Counted from the stretch's first letter, positions 9,738 to 19,580 are shown. The stretch: 64,000 nt of DNA from an uncultured Mediterraneibacter sp. (GCA_944375765.1 CALWAR010000054.1:4535-68534), one strand, 5' to 3'. Translations and numbers: made by a program. Notes: generated by a model from the letters alone, not told the origin.

Positions 9738-11496
9738 AACCGGAAAGATCTACGGCATCAACGGTCCCGTCATTTACCTGAAAGGCAATACCGGCTTCCG
9801 CATGTCTGAGATGGTCTATGTGGGAGAACAGCAGTTGGTCGGCGAGGTCATCGCACTGGACAAAGACATGACGACTATCCAGGTCTATGAGGAGACGTCA
9901 GGACTTCGGCCCGGCGAGGAAGTCACAGCCAGCGGAAATGCCGTCTCCGTGACTCTTGCTCCGGGCATCCTCAATAATATCTTCGACGGTATTGAGCGTC
10001 CGCTGGAGCGCATCGCAGATTCCGCCGGCGCATTCATCACCCGCGGCGTCAGCGTAGATTTTCTTGATAAAGAGAAAAAGTGGCAGACACATATCACTGT
10101 AGAAAAAGGCCAGTATCTGCACGGAGGAGATATTATCGCCGAGGTGCCGGAAACGCGCGCCATCGTTCACAAATGCATGGTTCCGCCGGATACAGAAGGC
10201 ATTGTGACGTCTGTTGTCTCCGACGGCGAATATACGATCGACGAGACGCTCGTCACTCTGGAGCTGCCGGGCGGCAGTACGAAAGAGCTGACCATGACGC
10301 AGCACTGGCCGATCCGCGTGCCAAGACCGACGCACCACCGCTTCCCGGCTTCTGTACCTCTTGTAACCGGGCAGCGTATCGTCGATACTATGTTTCCCAT
10401 CGCCAAAGGCGGGACAGCCGCGATCCCCGGCGGATTCGGGACAGGCAAGACGATGATGCAGCATCAGGTCGCAAAATGGGCGGACGCGGATATCATCATC
10501 TATATCGGATGCGGCGAGCGTGGAAATGAGATGACACAGGTGCTCGAAGAGTTCGGTGAACTCACCGATCCGAAGACAGGCAACCCGCTGATGGACCGAA
10601 CCACGCTGAGCGCTAATACCTCTGTCTTGTTTGAGGCTACGGCGGCCACCGGGATCTACACGGGGCTTACACTGGCGGAATACTACCGCGATATGGGCTA
10701 CGACGTAGCGATCATGGCGGACTCCACTTCCAGATGGGCCGAAGCTCTCCGCGAACTCTCCGGACGTCTGGAGGAAATGCCTGCTGAGGAAGGATTTCCC
10801 GCTTATCTGGCGTCGAGACTGTCTGCATTCTATGAGCGCGCAGGCATGATGCACAATTTAAACGGCACGGACGGTTCCGTCACCATTATCGGAGCAGTCT
10901 CCCCGCAGGGCGGTGATTTCTCGGAACCCGTCACGCAGAACACCAAGCGTTTCGTGCGCTGTTTCTGGGGACTGGACAAGAGTCTTGCGTACTCCCGGCA
11001 TTTCCCCGCGATCCACTGGCTGACCAGTTACAGCGAATATCTGATCGACTTAAGCCACTGGTATCAGGATAATGTCTCTCCTCAGTTTGTCGACTACCGC
11101 AACCGGCTCATGGCTCTTCTGAACCAGGAAAGCAGCCTGCTGGAGATCGTAAAGCTGATCGGAAGCGATGTGCTCCCGGACGACCAGAAGCTGATCCTGG
11201 AGATCGCGCGTGTCATACGGCTTGGTTTCCTGCAGCAGAATGCATTTCACAAGGACGACACCTGCGTATCCATGGAGAAACAGTTCCTCATGATGGACAC
11301 GATACTGTATCTCTATAAGCAGGCGCGCACCCTCGTTACGATGGGGCATCCTATGTCTGTTCTGAAATCCGAGAACATCTTCGACCGCGTCATCGCCATA
11401 AAATATGATGTGCCTAACGACCGGCCGGAAATGTTCGCCCAGTACCACCGCGATATCGATGCATTCTATCAGAAAGTGCTGGAGAAAAACGCATAA
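9730..11496 (+). CDS. ntpA: V/A-type ATPase catalytic subunit A
   Basis: P-loop GGFGTGKT, plus GCGERGNEM and ADSTSRWAEALRE. The start was set at the ATG 8 nt after AGGAGG. See the finding on an aberrant 10-residue segment. Confidence 0.92.
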   Translation: MLKTGKIYGINGPVIYLKGNTGFRMSEMVYVGEQQLVGEVIALDKDMTTIQVYEETSGLRPGEEVTASGNAVSVTLAPGILNNIFDGIERPLERIADSAGAFITRGVSVDFLDKEKKWQTHITVEKGQYLHGGDIIAEVPETRAIVHKCMVPPDTEGIVTSVVSDGEYTIDETLVTLELPGGSTKELTMTQHWPIRVPRPTHHRFPASVPLVTGQRIVDTMFPIAKGGTAAIPGGFGTGKTMMQHQVAKWADADIIIYIGCGERGNEMTQVLEEFGELTDPKTGNPLMDRTTLSANTSVLFEATAATGIYTGLTLAEYYRDMGYDVAIMADSTSRWAEALRELSGRLEEMPAEEGFPAYLASRLSAFYERAGMMHNLNGTDGSVTIIGAVSPQGGDFSEPVTQNTKRFVRCFWGLDKSLAYSRHFPAIHWLTSYSEYLIDLSHWYQDNVSPQFVDYRNRLMALLNQESSLLEIVKLIGSDVLPDDQKLILEIARVIRLGFLQQNAFHKDDTCVSMEKQFLMMDTILYLYKQARTLVTMGHPMSVLKSENIFDRVIAIKYDVPNDRPEMFAQYHRDIDAFYQKVLEKNA

Positions 11497-11511
11497 GGAG
11501 GACCGAATATC

Positions 11512-12897
11512 ATGTCAATCGAATATTTAGGCTTAAGCAGTATCAACGGACCTCTGATCGCTCTCGAGGGCGTCCAGGACGCATTCTACGACGAGATCGT
11601 GGAGTTTGTCGTGGACGGCACAGAGCGCAAAATCGGACGTATCGTAGAGATCTATGAAGACAGGGCCGTCATCCAGGTATTCGAGGGTTCTGAAAACATG
11701 TCTCTTAAAAATACACATACAAAGCTCACCGGACACCCTATGGAGATCGTGCTCTCCCCGGATATACTCGGACGTACGTTTAACGGCATCGGACAGCCCA
11801 TCGACGGCCTGGGAGCCATCGTATCCACGCTGAAGCGGGATGTGAACGGACTGCCGCTCAATCCCGTGCGCAGAGAATATCCGCGAAACTATATCCACAC
11901 CGGCATCTCCGCCATTGACGGACTTACCACGCTGATTCGGGGACAGAAGCTCCCGATCTTCTCAGGCAACGGACTCCCCCACGATCAGCTTGCCGCGCAG
12001 ATCGTAAAGCAGGCGTCGCTGGGCGAGGATTCTGATGAGAAATTTGCCATTGTATTTGCGGCCATGGGCGTTAAGCATGACGTAGCAGACTTCTTCCGCA
12101 ATACATTTGAAGAGAGCGGCGTGGCGGATCATGTGACTATGTTCCTCAATCTCGCGAACGATCCCGTGGTAGAGCGTCTGATCACCCCAAAAGTGGCGCT
12201 GACCGCAGCAGAATATCTCGCATTTGAGCAACACATGCACATCCTTGTCATCCTGACGGACATGACGTCCTTTGCCGAGGCAATGCGCGAGGTATCCTCT
12301 TCCAAGGGAGAGATCCCCAGCCGTAAAGGATATCCGGGATATCTGTACAGTGAACTTGCCACGCTCTACGAGCGCGCAGGTATCGTGGAGGGCGTGGACG
12401 GTTCCGTGACGCAGCTCCCGATCCTCACCATGCCGAACGATGATATTACTCATCCGATCCCCGACCTGACCGGATATATCACGGAGGGGCAGATCGTACT
12501 GGACCGTCCGCTGAACGGCCAGTCTGTCTACCCGCCGATCAATATCCTGCCGTCTCTCTCCCGTCTGATGAAAGACGGTATCGGAGAGGGTTACACGCGG
12601 GAAGATCATCAGGATCTGGCGAATCAGCTTTTCTCTGCCTATGCGAAAGTAGGCGACGCCAGAAACCTCTCGTCCGTTATCGGGGAAGACGAACTCTCTC
12701 CGATTGATAAGAAATATCTGGAATTCGGAAAGGAATTTGAAGAGAAATATATCGGGCAGGGCGTGGAAGAAAACCGCAGCATGGAGGAGACGCTTGACCT
12801 TGGCTGGAAACTTCTCGGAAGGCTGCCAAGAGAAGAGCTCGACAGGGTGGATACGAAGATACTCGATAAATATTATAAACCGATGAGTGAAGAATAA
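11512..12897 (+). CDS. ntpB: V/A-type ATPase subunit B
   Basis: 461 aa with [31 protein letters not shown] and [18 protein letters not shown]. Confidence 0.95.
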   Translation: MSIEYLGLSSINGPLIALEGVQDAFYDEIVEFVVDGTERKIGRIVEIYEDRAVIQVFEGSENMSLKNTHTKLTGHPMEIVLSPDILGRTFNGIGQPIDGLGAIVSTLKRDVNGLPLNPVRREYPRNYIHTGISAIDGLTTLIRGQKLPIFSGNGLPHDQLAAQIVKQASLGEDSDEKFAIVFAAMGVKHDVADFFRNTFEESGVADHVTMFLNLANDPVVERLITPKVALTAAEYLAFEQHMHILVILTDMTSFAEAMREVSSSKGEIPSRKGYPGYLYSELATLYERAGIVEGVDGSVTQLPILTMPNDDITHPIPDLTGYITEGQIVLDRPLNGQSVYPPINILPSLSRLMKDGIGEGYTREDHQDLANQLFSAYAKVGDARNLSSVIGEDELSPIDKKYLEFGKEFEEKYIGQGVEENRSMEETLDLGWKLLGRLPREELDRVDTKILDKYYKPMSEE

Positions 12898-12926
12898 ACT
12901 CATGGCGGGATAAAGGGAGCGTATAC

Positions 12927-13220
12927 ATGGATAACACAGGTATCCGCGATCAGGTTATCGAAGAAATCCGAATACTGGCTGAGAAATATCAGATTGAAAA
13001 AATATATTTATTCGGCTCAAGAGCACGGGGAGATTATCACCGGACAAGCGATATAGACCTTGCAGTAAGCGGCGGCGATTTCGACCGGTTTGCATTAGAT
13101 GTTGACGAGGAGACTTCTACCCTCCTCAGATTTGATATTGTTGATCTAAATCGCAGTGTACAGCAGGAATTACTTGATGCTATCGAGAAAGAGGGGAGAG
13201 TGCTTTATGAAAAAGTATGA
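12927..13220 (+). CDS. Minimal nucleotidyltransferase (MNT-type antitoxin)
   Basis: 97 aa with the GSRARGD...SDIDLAV (GSx2RG / DxD) polymerase-beta-type nucleotidyltransferase signature. Confidence 0.85.
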   Translation: MDNTGIRDQVIEEIRILAEKYQIEKIYLFGSRARGDYHRTSDIDLAVSGGDFDRFALDVDEETSTLLRFDIVDLNRSVQQELLDAIEKEGRVLYEKV

Positions 13221-13596
13221 AAACTTCTGTTCTGCTCTCACAAACCTGCAGGAAATTTACAATTATAATGAGCCATATGACACCGTAATACTTACAGGTC
13301 TCGTAGGTCTGTATGAGGTCTGTTTTGAGCAGGCCTGGAAACTGATGAAAGCAATACTGGAAATACATGGATATGAGCAGAGCGCTGCAGGTTCTCCGAA
13401 AATCATATTGAAAACAGCATATGAGGCGGGAATGATAAAAAATGAATCTTTGTGGCTTAAAGCTCTCCATGAGCGGAATAATGTAACCCATTCTTATAAC
13501 AAAGAGATCGCACTTGAAATCGTCAGGCAGGCAAAATCAGATTTTTATGATATGTTTCGTGTACTGAAAAGCGAAATAGATGAAAACTGGCTGTAA
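13207..13596 (+). CDS. HEPN-domain protein (HI0074-like nucleotidyltransferase substrate-binding protein; putative toxin)
   Basis: 129 aa with an R-x4-H motif (ERNNVTH). The start ATG overlaps the MNT stop by 14 nt. Confidence 0.8.
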   Translation: MKKYENFCSALTNLQEIYNYNEPYDTVILTGLVGLYEVCFEQAWKLMKAILEIHGYEQSAAGSPKIILKTAYEAGMIKNESLWLKALHERNNVTHSYNKEIALEIVRQAKSDFYDMFRVLKSEIDENWL

Positions 13597-13682
13597 ATGT
13601 GGTCAGAGATATGAGCAGACAGTACCGGGACTGACAAACCCGGGCAGGCACATACTGAAATACAGACAACAGGAGGGATTTT

Positions 13683-14306
13683 ATGGATCCGCGTACATTT
13701 CCTACAAAGGGGAACCTGATGCTTGCGAAAAACTCGCTGGCACTTGCAAAACAGGGCTACGACCTGATGGACAAAAAAAGAAATATCCTGATCCGTGAAC
13801 TTATGGAGCTGATCGATGAGGCGCGGACTATCCAGGAAGAGATCGATACGACTTTCACCTATGCCTATCAGTGTCTCCAACGGGCTAATATCGAGAACGG
13901 GATCAGCATTGTAGAACTGCTGGCATACACTGTACCGATCGAAAATTCCATCACGATCCAGACACGGAGCATCATGGGGACCGAGATCCCCCATGTAAAA
14001 TATGTGCCCGACGCCGGAAAGCCGACTTATGCTTTCAGCACATCGCACGAGTCCATCGATAAGGCAAGGGAGGCGTTCCGAAAGGTAAAAGATCTGACAG
14101 TCAAACTCTCCATGGTGGAAAATGCGGCTTACCGTCTGGCAAGCAATATTAAGAAAACTCAGAAGCGGGCAAACGCGCTCCAGAACATCACGATCCCGAT
14201 GTACTCCACACTTGTGTATACGATCACTAACGCTCTTGAGGAAAAAGAACGTGAAGAATTCACAAGGCTGAAAGTCATCAAGCGGATGCAGGTGAACAAG
14301 TCTTAA
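13683..14306 (+). CDS. ntpD: V/A-type ATPase subunit D
   Basis: 207 aa with the N-terminus PTKGNLMLAKNSLALAKQGYDLMDKKRNILIRE, typical of V-type subunit D. Confidence 0.92.
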   Translation: MDPRTFPTKGNLMLAKNSLALAKQGYDLMDKKRNILIRELMELIDEARTIQEEIDTTFTYAYQCLQRANIENGISIVELLAYTVPIENSITIQTRSIMGTEIPHVKYVPDAGKPTYAFSTSHESIDKAREAFRKVKDLTVKLSMVENAAYRLASNIKKTQKRANALQNITIPMYSTLVYTITNALEEKEREEFTRLKVIKRMQVNKS

Positions 14307-14324
14307 AAGCACACAGGGGAAGAG

Positions 14325-14660
14325 CTATTCCTCCTGAAATTCTTCCCCCAGATAAAAGACTTTGAAGAACAGCTCCAGAGACACAAACACCTCCCGCTTT
14401 CTCTGCCCAATCTCCTTTACTTTCAGTACTCTTCCTATAAAAAAAAAAAAAAAATCATCCTCTTCGTGCTCTACTTTCAGCTCCAGATTCCCGCTTTCAT
14501 CAAAAATGAGCATAAGGATGCCTCCCACATCCTCTGTGTACAATACACACATGATCCGGAGCTCCTGCTTTATATTGTCCGGCAGCGTATCAAAGTCCGG
14601 ATTTATATAAAATTTCTGTTCATAGGCGCTCGCCGCACACAGTACGATCTCCTCATTCAT
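14325..14660 (-). CDS. Hypothetical small acidic protein containing a poly-Phe run
   Basis: About 111 aa from MNEEIV, which follows the SD AGAGGGGAG. It is convergent with the ATPase operon and contains the T16 tract. Confidence 0.55.
   Translation of the reverse strand: MNEEIVLCAASAYEQKFYINPDFDTLPDNIKQELRIMCVLYTEDVGGILMLIFDESGNLELKVEHEEDDFFFFFIGRVLKVKEIGQRKREVFVSLELFFKVFYLGEEFQEE
14439..14454. repeat. 16-nt A/T homopolymer inside a coding region
   Basis: A16 on the plus strand, read as T15 (FFFFF) within the minus-strand ORF. Confidence 0.95.
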
Positions 14661-14694
14661 GGCAGTCTCCCCTCTTTCTGTCTTTTCTCCCTTT

Positions 14695-15720
14695 TCATGT
14701 ATATCCGTACACGCCGCGCACAGACACTTCACCCGAGTATATTTTCTCTATCGTCCCGTCATCTTTTCGCACGACCAGTTCTCCGGTACGGTCGATACCC
14801 ATGGAATGAGCCTGATATTTTTCTTTCGCTCCGATAATGAGTACGTCACGATCCCGGTTGACCAGCAGATCATTGTATCTGTCCATCAGCCCGGACAGAT
14901 CCTCTGTCCTGAGAAACATCTGATAATTTTCTTCCAGACGTTCCATGACTGCGGCGATCAGTGGGGCGCGCTTCACAAGACGTCCGTATTCTTTTCTGAC
15001 TGACGTAGCAGTTTCTTTGATCTCTTCGGGGAAGTCTACGGTATTGACGTTGATTCCCACACCTACTGTAACGTGATCGATATAATCGATCTGCGCGCTC
15101 ATCTCTGTCAGGATACCGGCCAGTTTTTTACCATTTATGATAATGTCGTTGGGCCATTTGATCCGGATCCCAGAAGCCGCTCCTGCGTCTGCCCCTGATC
15201 CGTCTGCCCCGGCATTTTCTCCAAGACACCGGGTAATCCCCTCCGCCACGCTCAGAGCCATGACAAGTGTAATCATGGACGCTTTCTCAGGGGGGATCTG
15301 TGGCCGCAGCAGGATCGACATATATATGCTGTTTCCTGCCGGAGATTCCCAGGATCTGCCGCGCCGTCCGCGACCTGCCGTCTGACTGTCTGCCACCGCC
15401 AGAGTACCGTGAGGCGCGCCTGCATCCCCCGCCTGTCTGATCCGCAGATTTGTAGAATCTGTTACATCAAAACAGAGTATATTTCTTCCCGCCCATCGTG
15501 TCTTTATGAGACTATCCAGTTCTTCCTTTGTCACCAGGTCCGGGCTGTCTGCGATGCGATATCCTTTGTTGCGCACAGCTTCCACCTGATAGCCCTCTTC
15601 CTGGAGTCGGCGGATCACTTTCCACACGGCAGTTCTGGAGACATCCAGTTTCCTGCTGATCTGCTGCCCGGATACATATCCGTCCGTCTCCCGGAGCAGT
15701 TTTAATATCTCTGTCTTCAT
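14695..15720 (-). CDS. birA: Bifunctional biotin-[acetyl-CoA-carboxylase] ligase and biotin operon repressor
   Basis: N-terminal wHTH (ISRKLDVSRTAVWKVIRRLQEEGY), GRGRRGRSWES and KWPNDI. Confidence 0.92.
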   Translation of the reverse strand: MKTEILKLLRETDGYVSGQQISRKLDVSRTAVWKVIRRLQEEGYQVEAVRNKGYRIADSPDLVTKEELDSLIKTRWAGRNILCFDVTDSTNLRIRQAGDAGAPHGTLAVADSQTAGRGRRGRSWESPAGNSIYMSILLRPQIPPEKASMITLVMALSVAEGITRCLGENAGADGSGADAGAASGIRIKWPNDIIINGKKLAGILTEMSAQIDYIDHVTVGVGINVNTVDFPEEIKETATSVRKEYGRLVKRAPLIAAVMERLEENYQMFLRTEDLSGLMDRYNDLLVNRDRDVLIIGAKEKYQAHSMGIDRTGELVVRKDDGTIEKIYSGEVSVRGVYGYT

Positions 15721-15833
15721 GATCGTTCACATCTCCCTGGAAAGCTGCTGTCCGTTAAAGTTTCGAGAATATTCTAACACATGGATCCGGCAAATGCCAT
15801 CTCTTATTTCCTTTCCGGAGCAGGGCAGTGTTT

Positions 15834-17708
15834 CTACGCCGCAAAATTCCCCGTATAGAGCTGATAATATTTGCCTTTCGCTGCGATCAGCTCATCGTGA
15901 CTGCCTCTCTCGATGATCCGTCCCTGCTCCATGACCATGATGCAGTCCGAATTCTTAATAGTAGACAGCCTGTGTGCGATAACGAACGTTGTCCTTCCTT
16001 TCATCAGAGCGTCCATCCCTGCCTGGACAAGCCCCTCTGTACGGGTATCGATGGATGACGTCGCCTCGTCCAGGATCAGCACCGGAGGATCTGCCACAGC
16101 CGCCCTGGCGATTGCCAGAAGCTGCCGCTGTCCCTGGCTTAAGTTGCTCCCGTCTCCGGTGAGCACTGTCTGATAGCCGTCGGGCAGCCTGCGGATAAAG
16201 CCGTCTGCATTGGCCAGTTTTGCCGCAGCGATGCAGTCCTCGTCAGTGGCGTCCAGTTCCCCGTATCGGATGTTGTCCATAACAGTGCCGGTGAACAGAT
16301 GGGTGTCCTGGAGCACCATGCCGAGCGACCGTCTCAAGTCCGTTTTTTTGATCTTGTTGATATTGATGCCGTCGTAGCGTATCTTTCCGTCCTGGATGTC
16401 ATAGAACCGGTTGATGAGGTTGGTGATTGTCGTCTTGCCTGCTCCGGTCGATCCTACAAGAGCGATCTTCTGTCCGGGCTGCGCATACATCCTGATATCA
16501 TGGAGCACCATTTTATCATCATTGTATCCGAAGTCCACGCCGTCGAACACGATACCTCCCTCCATCTTCTGGTACGTTACGGTCCCTTCCGCTCTGTGCG
16601 GGTGTTTCCATGCCCACGTTCCGGTGCGTGTCTCTGACTCTGTCACTGTACCGTCCGGGTTTTCTCTGGCATTTACGAGTTCTACATAGCCATTGTCTTC
16701 CTCCGGTTTCTCGTCAAGCAGCTCAAATACACGCTCAGCTCCCGCAGCCGCCATAACGATGGAATTCATCTGCTGGCTGATCTGCGTGATCGGCTGTGTG
16801 AAGTTCTTGTTCAGACCTACAAATGCTATGACAGTTCCCACTGTCGCGCCCGTCCCTCCGTACAGGGCAAGCAGGGCTCCGATCACCGCGCAGAGCACAT
16901 AGCTCAGGTTTCCGATATTTGCATTGATCGGCATGAGCAGGTTTGCGTAGCGGTTTGCCTTGTCAGCGCTGTCCCTGAGGCGGTCGTTCAGTTTCCTGAA
17001 ATCTTCGATGGCCTGTTCTTCATGGCAGAAGACTTTGACGACTTTCTGCCCGTCCATCATCTCCTCGATAAAGCCGTCCACATTTCCCAGATCCTGCTGC
17101 TGCCTCTGGAAATACTTCCCTGACAGTTGTGAGAACACGGTCGTCACTCTGAGCATGACGAGAGCCATAACGAGAGTCACAACGGTCAGAGGTATGTTCA
17201 GCACGATCATGGAAATAAAAGTAGCCACAAGTGTTGCCGCCGAGTTGATGATCTGCGGGATACTCTGGCTGAAAAGCTGGCGCAGTGTATCCACATCGTT
17301 TGTGTATACGGACATGATATCGCCGTGGGCATGAGTATCAAAATATCTGATCGGCAGAGATTCCATATTGGCGAAGAGTTCATTCCGGAACTTTTTCATA
17401 GTGCCCTGGCTGACGTTTACCATGATCCTGTTGTATGCATAGGCCGCCGCGATACCGATAATGTAGAATACCACGATGCCCGTCAGAGCATGTGCCAGCG
17501 GGGCGAAGTCGGGATTCTCCGAACTGATCAGCGGCATGATGTAGTCGTCCACGAGAGACTGTACGAACAGCATCCCCTGCATAGTTGCAAAAGCGCCGAT
17601 TATAATACAGACTACTACGACGAGGAATGAAAATCTGTAACTGCTCACCATGTATGCCAGAAGGCGTCTGAGGACATACAGGGATGATATCTTCTTTCTA
17701 TCTTTCAT
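15834..17708 (-). CDS. ABC transporter ATP-binding/permease protein (exporter half)
   Basis: Six-TM N-terminal domain, Walker A GSTGAGKTT, signature LSQGQRQ, and Walker B ILDEATS. Confidence 0.9.
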   Translation of the reverse strand: MKDRKKISSLYVLRRLLAYMVSSYRFSFLVVVVCIIIGAFATMQGMLFVQSLVDDYIMPLISSENPDFAPLAHALTGIVVFYIIGIAAAYAYNRIMVNVSQGTMKKFRNELFANMESLPIRYFDTHAHGDIMSVYTNDVDTLRQLFSQSIPQIINSAATLVATFISMIVLNIPLTVVTLVMALVMLRVTTVFSQLSGKYFQRQQQDLGNVDGFIEEMMDGQKVVKVFCHEEQAIEDFRKLNDRLRDSADKANRYANLLMPINANIGNLSYVLCAVIGALLALYGGTGATVGTVIAFVGLNKNFTQPITQISQQMNSIVMAAAGAERVFELLDEKPEEDNGYVELVNARENPDGTVTESETRTGTWAWKHPHRAEGTVTYQKMEGGIVFDGVDFGYNDDKMVLHDIRMYAQPGQKIALVGSTGAGKTTITNLINRFYDIQDGKIRYDGININKIKKTDLRRSLGMVLQDTHLFTGTVMDNIRYGELDATDEDCIAAAKLANADGFIRRLPDGYQTVLTGDGSNLSQGQRQLLAIARAAVADPPVLILDEATSSIDTRTEGLVQAGMDALMKGRTTFVIAHRLSTIKNSDCIMVMEQGRIIERGSHDELIAAKGKYYQLYTGNFAA

Positions 17709-17764
17709 AAATGATTACACTCTCCTTTCTGCGAGGTCCGGTCACGGGTTCTTAATCACTGCTG

Positions 17765-19504
17765 TCAGGCAGCATGGTCGAAGTCTCCGCCGCCCTGTGT
17801 CTGTGATTCGTATATATCGCGGTAGATCTCATTGTTCTCGAGCAGATGCTCGTGTGTGTCAAACCCATTGATCCTGCCGTCATCCAGTACGAGGATTCGG
17901 TCTGCATCCTCCACGCTGGACACTCTCTGAGCGATGATGATCTTCGTCGTTCCCGGTATCACTTCACGAAAAGCCTCTCTGATCTTTGCGTCCGTTGCCG
18001 TGTCCACCGCGCTTGTGGAGTCGTCCAGGATGAGCACTTTCGGTTTCTTCAGGAGCGCTCTGGCGATGCACAGCCTCTGCTTCTGACCGCCGGACACATT
18101 CGTGCCGCCCCGTTCAATCCATGTATGATACTTATCCGGCATACGCTCGATGAACTCGTCCGCGCAGGCTGCCTTGCAGGCTGCCTCGCACTCTTCCTCG
18201 GATGCGTCCTCATTGCCCCAGCGCAGATTGTCGATGATCGTGCCGGAGAACAGGACGTTCTTCTGGAGAACGACCGATACCTGATCTCTGAGCGCTTCCA
18301 TGTCATACTCTCTGACGTCCTTTCCACCGACTTTCACCGTCCCCTCCGAAGCGTCATAGAGACGGCTGATAAGATTTACGAGACTGGACTTCCCGCATCC
18401 GGTACCGCCGATGATGCCGATCGTCTCACCGGAGCGGATATGAAGGTCGATGTCTTCCAGCGTGTCGTCTCCGGCGCCGTGTTTATAAGCAAAGCTGACA
18501 TGATCGAAATCGATGCTGCCGTCAGCCACTTCGGTGACAGGATGATCCGGATTATGGAGCTCCGGCTTCTCGTTGAGTACCTCAAAGATACGACGGATGC
18601 TCGCCGCGCTCATAGTTACCATGACAAAGATCATGGACAGCATCATAAGCGACATCATGACCGACATGATATAGCTGAACAGGGAGGTGATATCTCCGGT
18701 GCTCATGCTGCCCGCCACGATATAGTGCGCGCCGAACCAGGAAACCGCCGTGATGCATGCGTAGATAACAAGCATCATCGCAGGATTGTTCAGGGCCAGC
18801 ATACTCTCTGCTTTTACGAACAGACGATAGAGGTGCTCCGCCGCTTTCCCGAATTTTTTGTTTTCATAGTCTTCCCTGACATATGCCTTTACCACACGGA
18901 TCGCAGTAACGTTTTCCTGGACGCTGGCATTCAGGTCGTCATACCGGTCAAATACTTCCTGAAAGATACCCACTGTCCTCCGCATGATAACCGCAAGGAT
19001 AACTGCCAGGAAACACAGCGCCGCCAGGAATACAAGACTTAAGTTCCGGCTGATCATAAAGCACATGATCATGCTGAAAATCAGCATGAGCGGCGCTCTC
19101 ACCGCAATACGTATGATCATCTGGAATGCGTTCTGTACATTGGTCACATCTGTCGTCATCCTTGTGACGAGCCCGGCTGTACTGAACTTATCGATGTTTG
19201 AGAATGAATACTCCTGTATCCGGACATACATGCTCTCTCTCAGATTACATGCAAAGCCCGACGAGGCGCTGGCCGCGCACTTTCCCGCCATAGCCCCCGA
19301 GAAGAGGCTGATAAGCGCCATCACGAGCATCAGGACGCCGTATCTGATTATAGCTGACATATCAGATTTTTCCAGTCCGTTGTCAATGATCAGCGCAGTG
19401 ATAAATGGAAGCAGTACCTCCATGATGACTTCCAGCATCGTAAATCCCATGGTCAGCAGACTGTCTTTTTTATACTGCTTCAGTTGTGCTAAAACTGTCT
19501 TCAT
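17765..19504 (-). CDS. ABC transporter ATP-binding/permease protein (exporter half)
   Basis: Walker A GGTGCGKSS, signature VSGGQKQR, and ILDDSTS. The start was trimmed to MKTVLAQL, which follows AGGAGG. Confidence 0.9.
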   Translation of the reverse strand: MKTVLAQLKQYKKDSLLTMGFTMLEVIMEVLLPFITALIIDNGLEKSDMSAIIRYGVLMLVMALISLFSGAMAGKCAASASSGFACNLRESMYVRIQEYSFSNIDKFSTAGLVTRMTTDVTNVQNAFQMIIRIAVRAPLMLIFSMIMCFMISRNLSLVFLAALCFLAVILAVIMRRTVGIFQEVFDRYDDLNASVQENVTAIRVVKAYVREDYENKKFGKAAEHLYRLFVKAESMLALNNPAMMLVIYACITAVSWFGAHYIVAGSMSTGDITSLFSYIMSVMMSLMMLSMIFVMVTMSAASIRRIFEVLNEKPELHNPDHPVTEVADGSIDFDHVSFAYKHGAGDDTLEDIDLHIRSGETIGIIGGTGCGKSSLVNLISRLYDASEGTVKVGGKDVREYDMEALRDQVSVVLQKNVLFSGTIIDNLRWGNEDASEEECEAACKAACADEFIERMPDKYHTWIERGGTNVSGGQKQRLCIARALLKKPKVLILDDSTSAVDTATDAKIREAFREVIPGTTKIIIAQRVSSVEDADRILVLDDGRINGFDTHEHLLENNEIYRDIYESQTQGGGDFDHAA

Positions 19505-19580
19505 GCTGTAACCTCCTGTTTCTTCTTTCTGTCTGTTCCGTGTCCTTTTCTGTCCGTAAGTGATTCTACCGCACATCCCA

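Noticed and set aside
9898-10854. A long antisense ORF (318 aa) opposite ntpA. Similar long ORFs lie opposite real genes at 11962-12903, 13545-14312, 17846-19042, 33214-33996, 35015-35809, 43595-44377, 46459-47691 and 53181-54275.
   Set aside because: Each lies entirely within, and antisense to, a gene with unmistakable family motifs. Their translations are low-complexity and Arg/His/Cys-rich, with no RBS. These are typical shadow ORFs.
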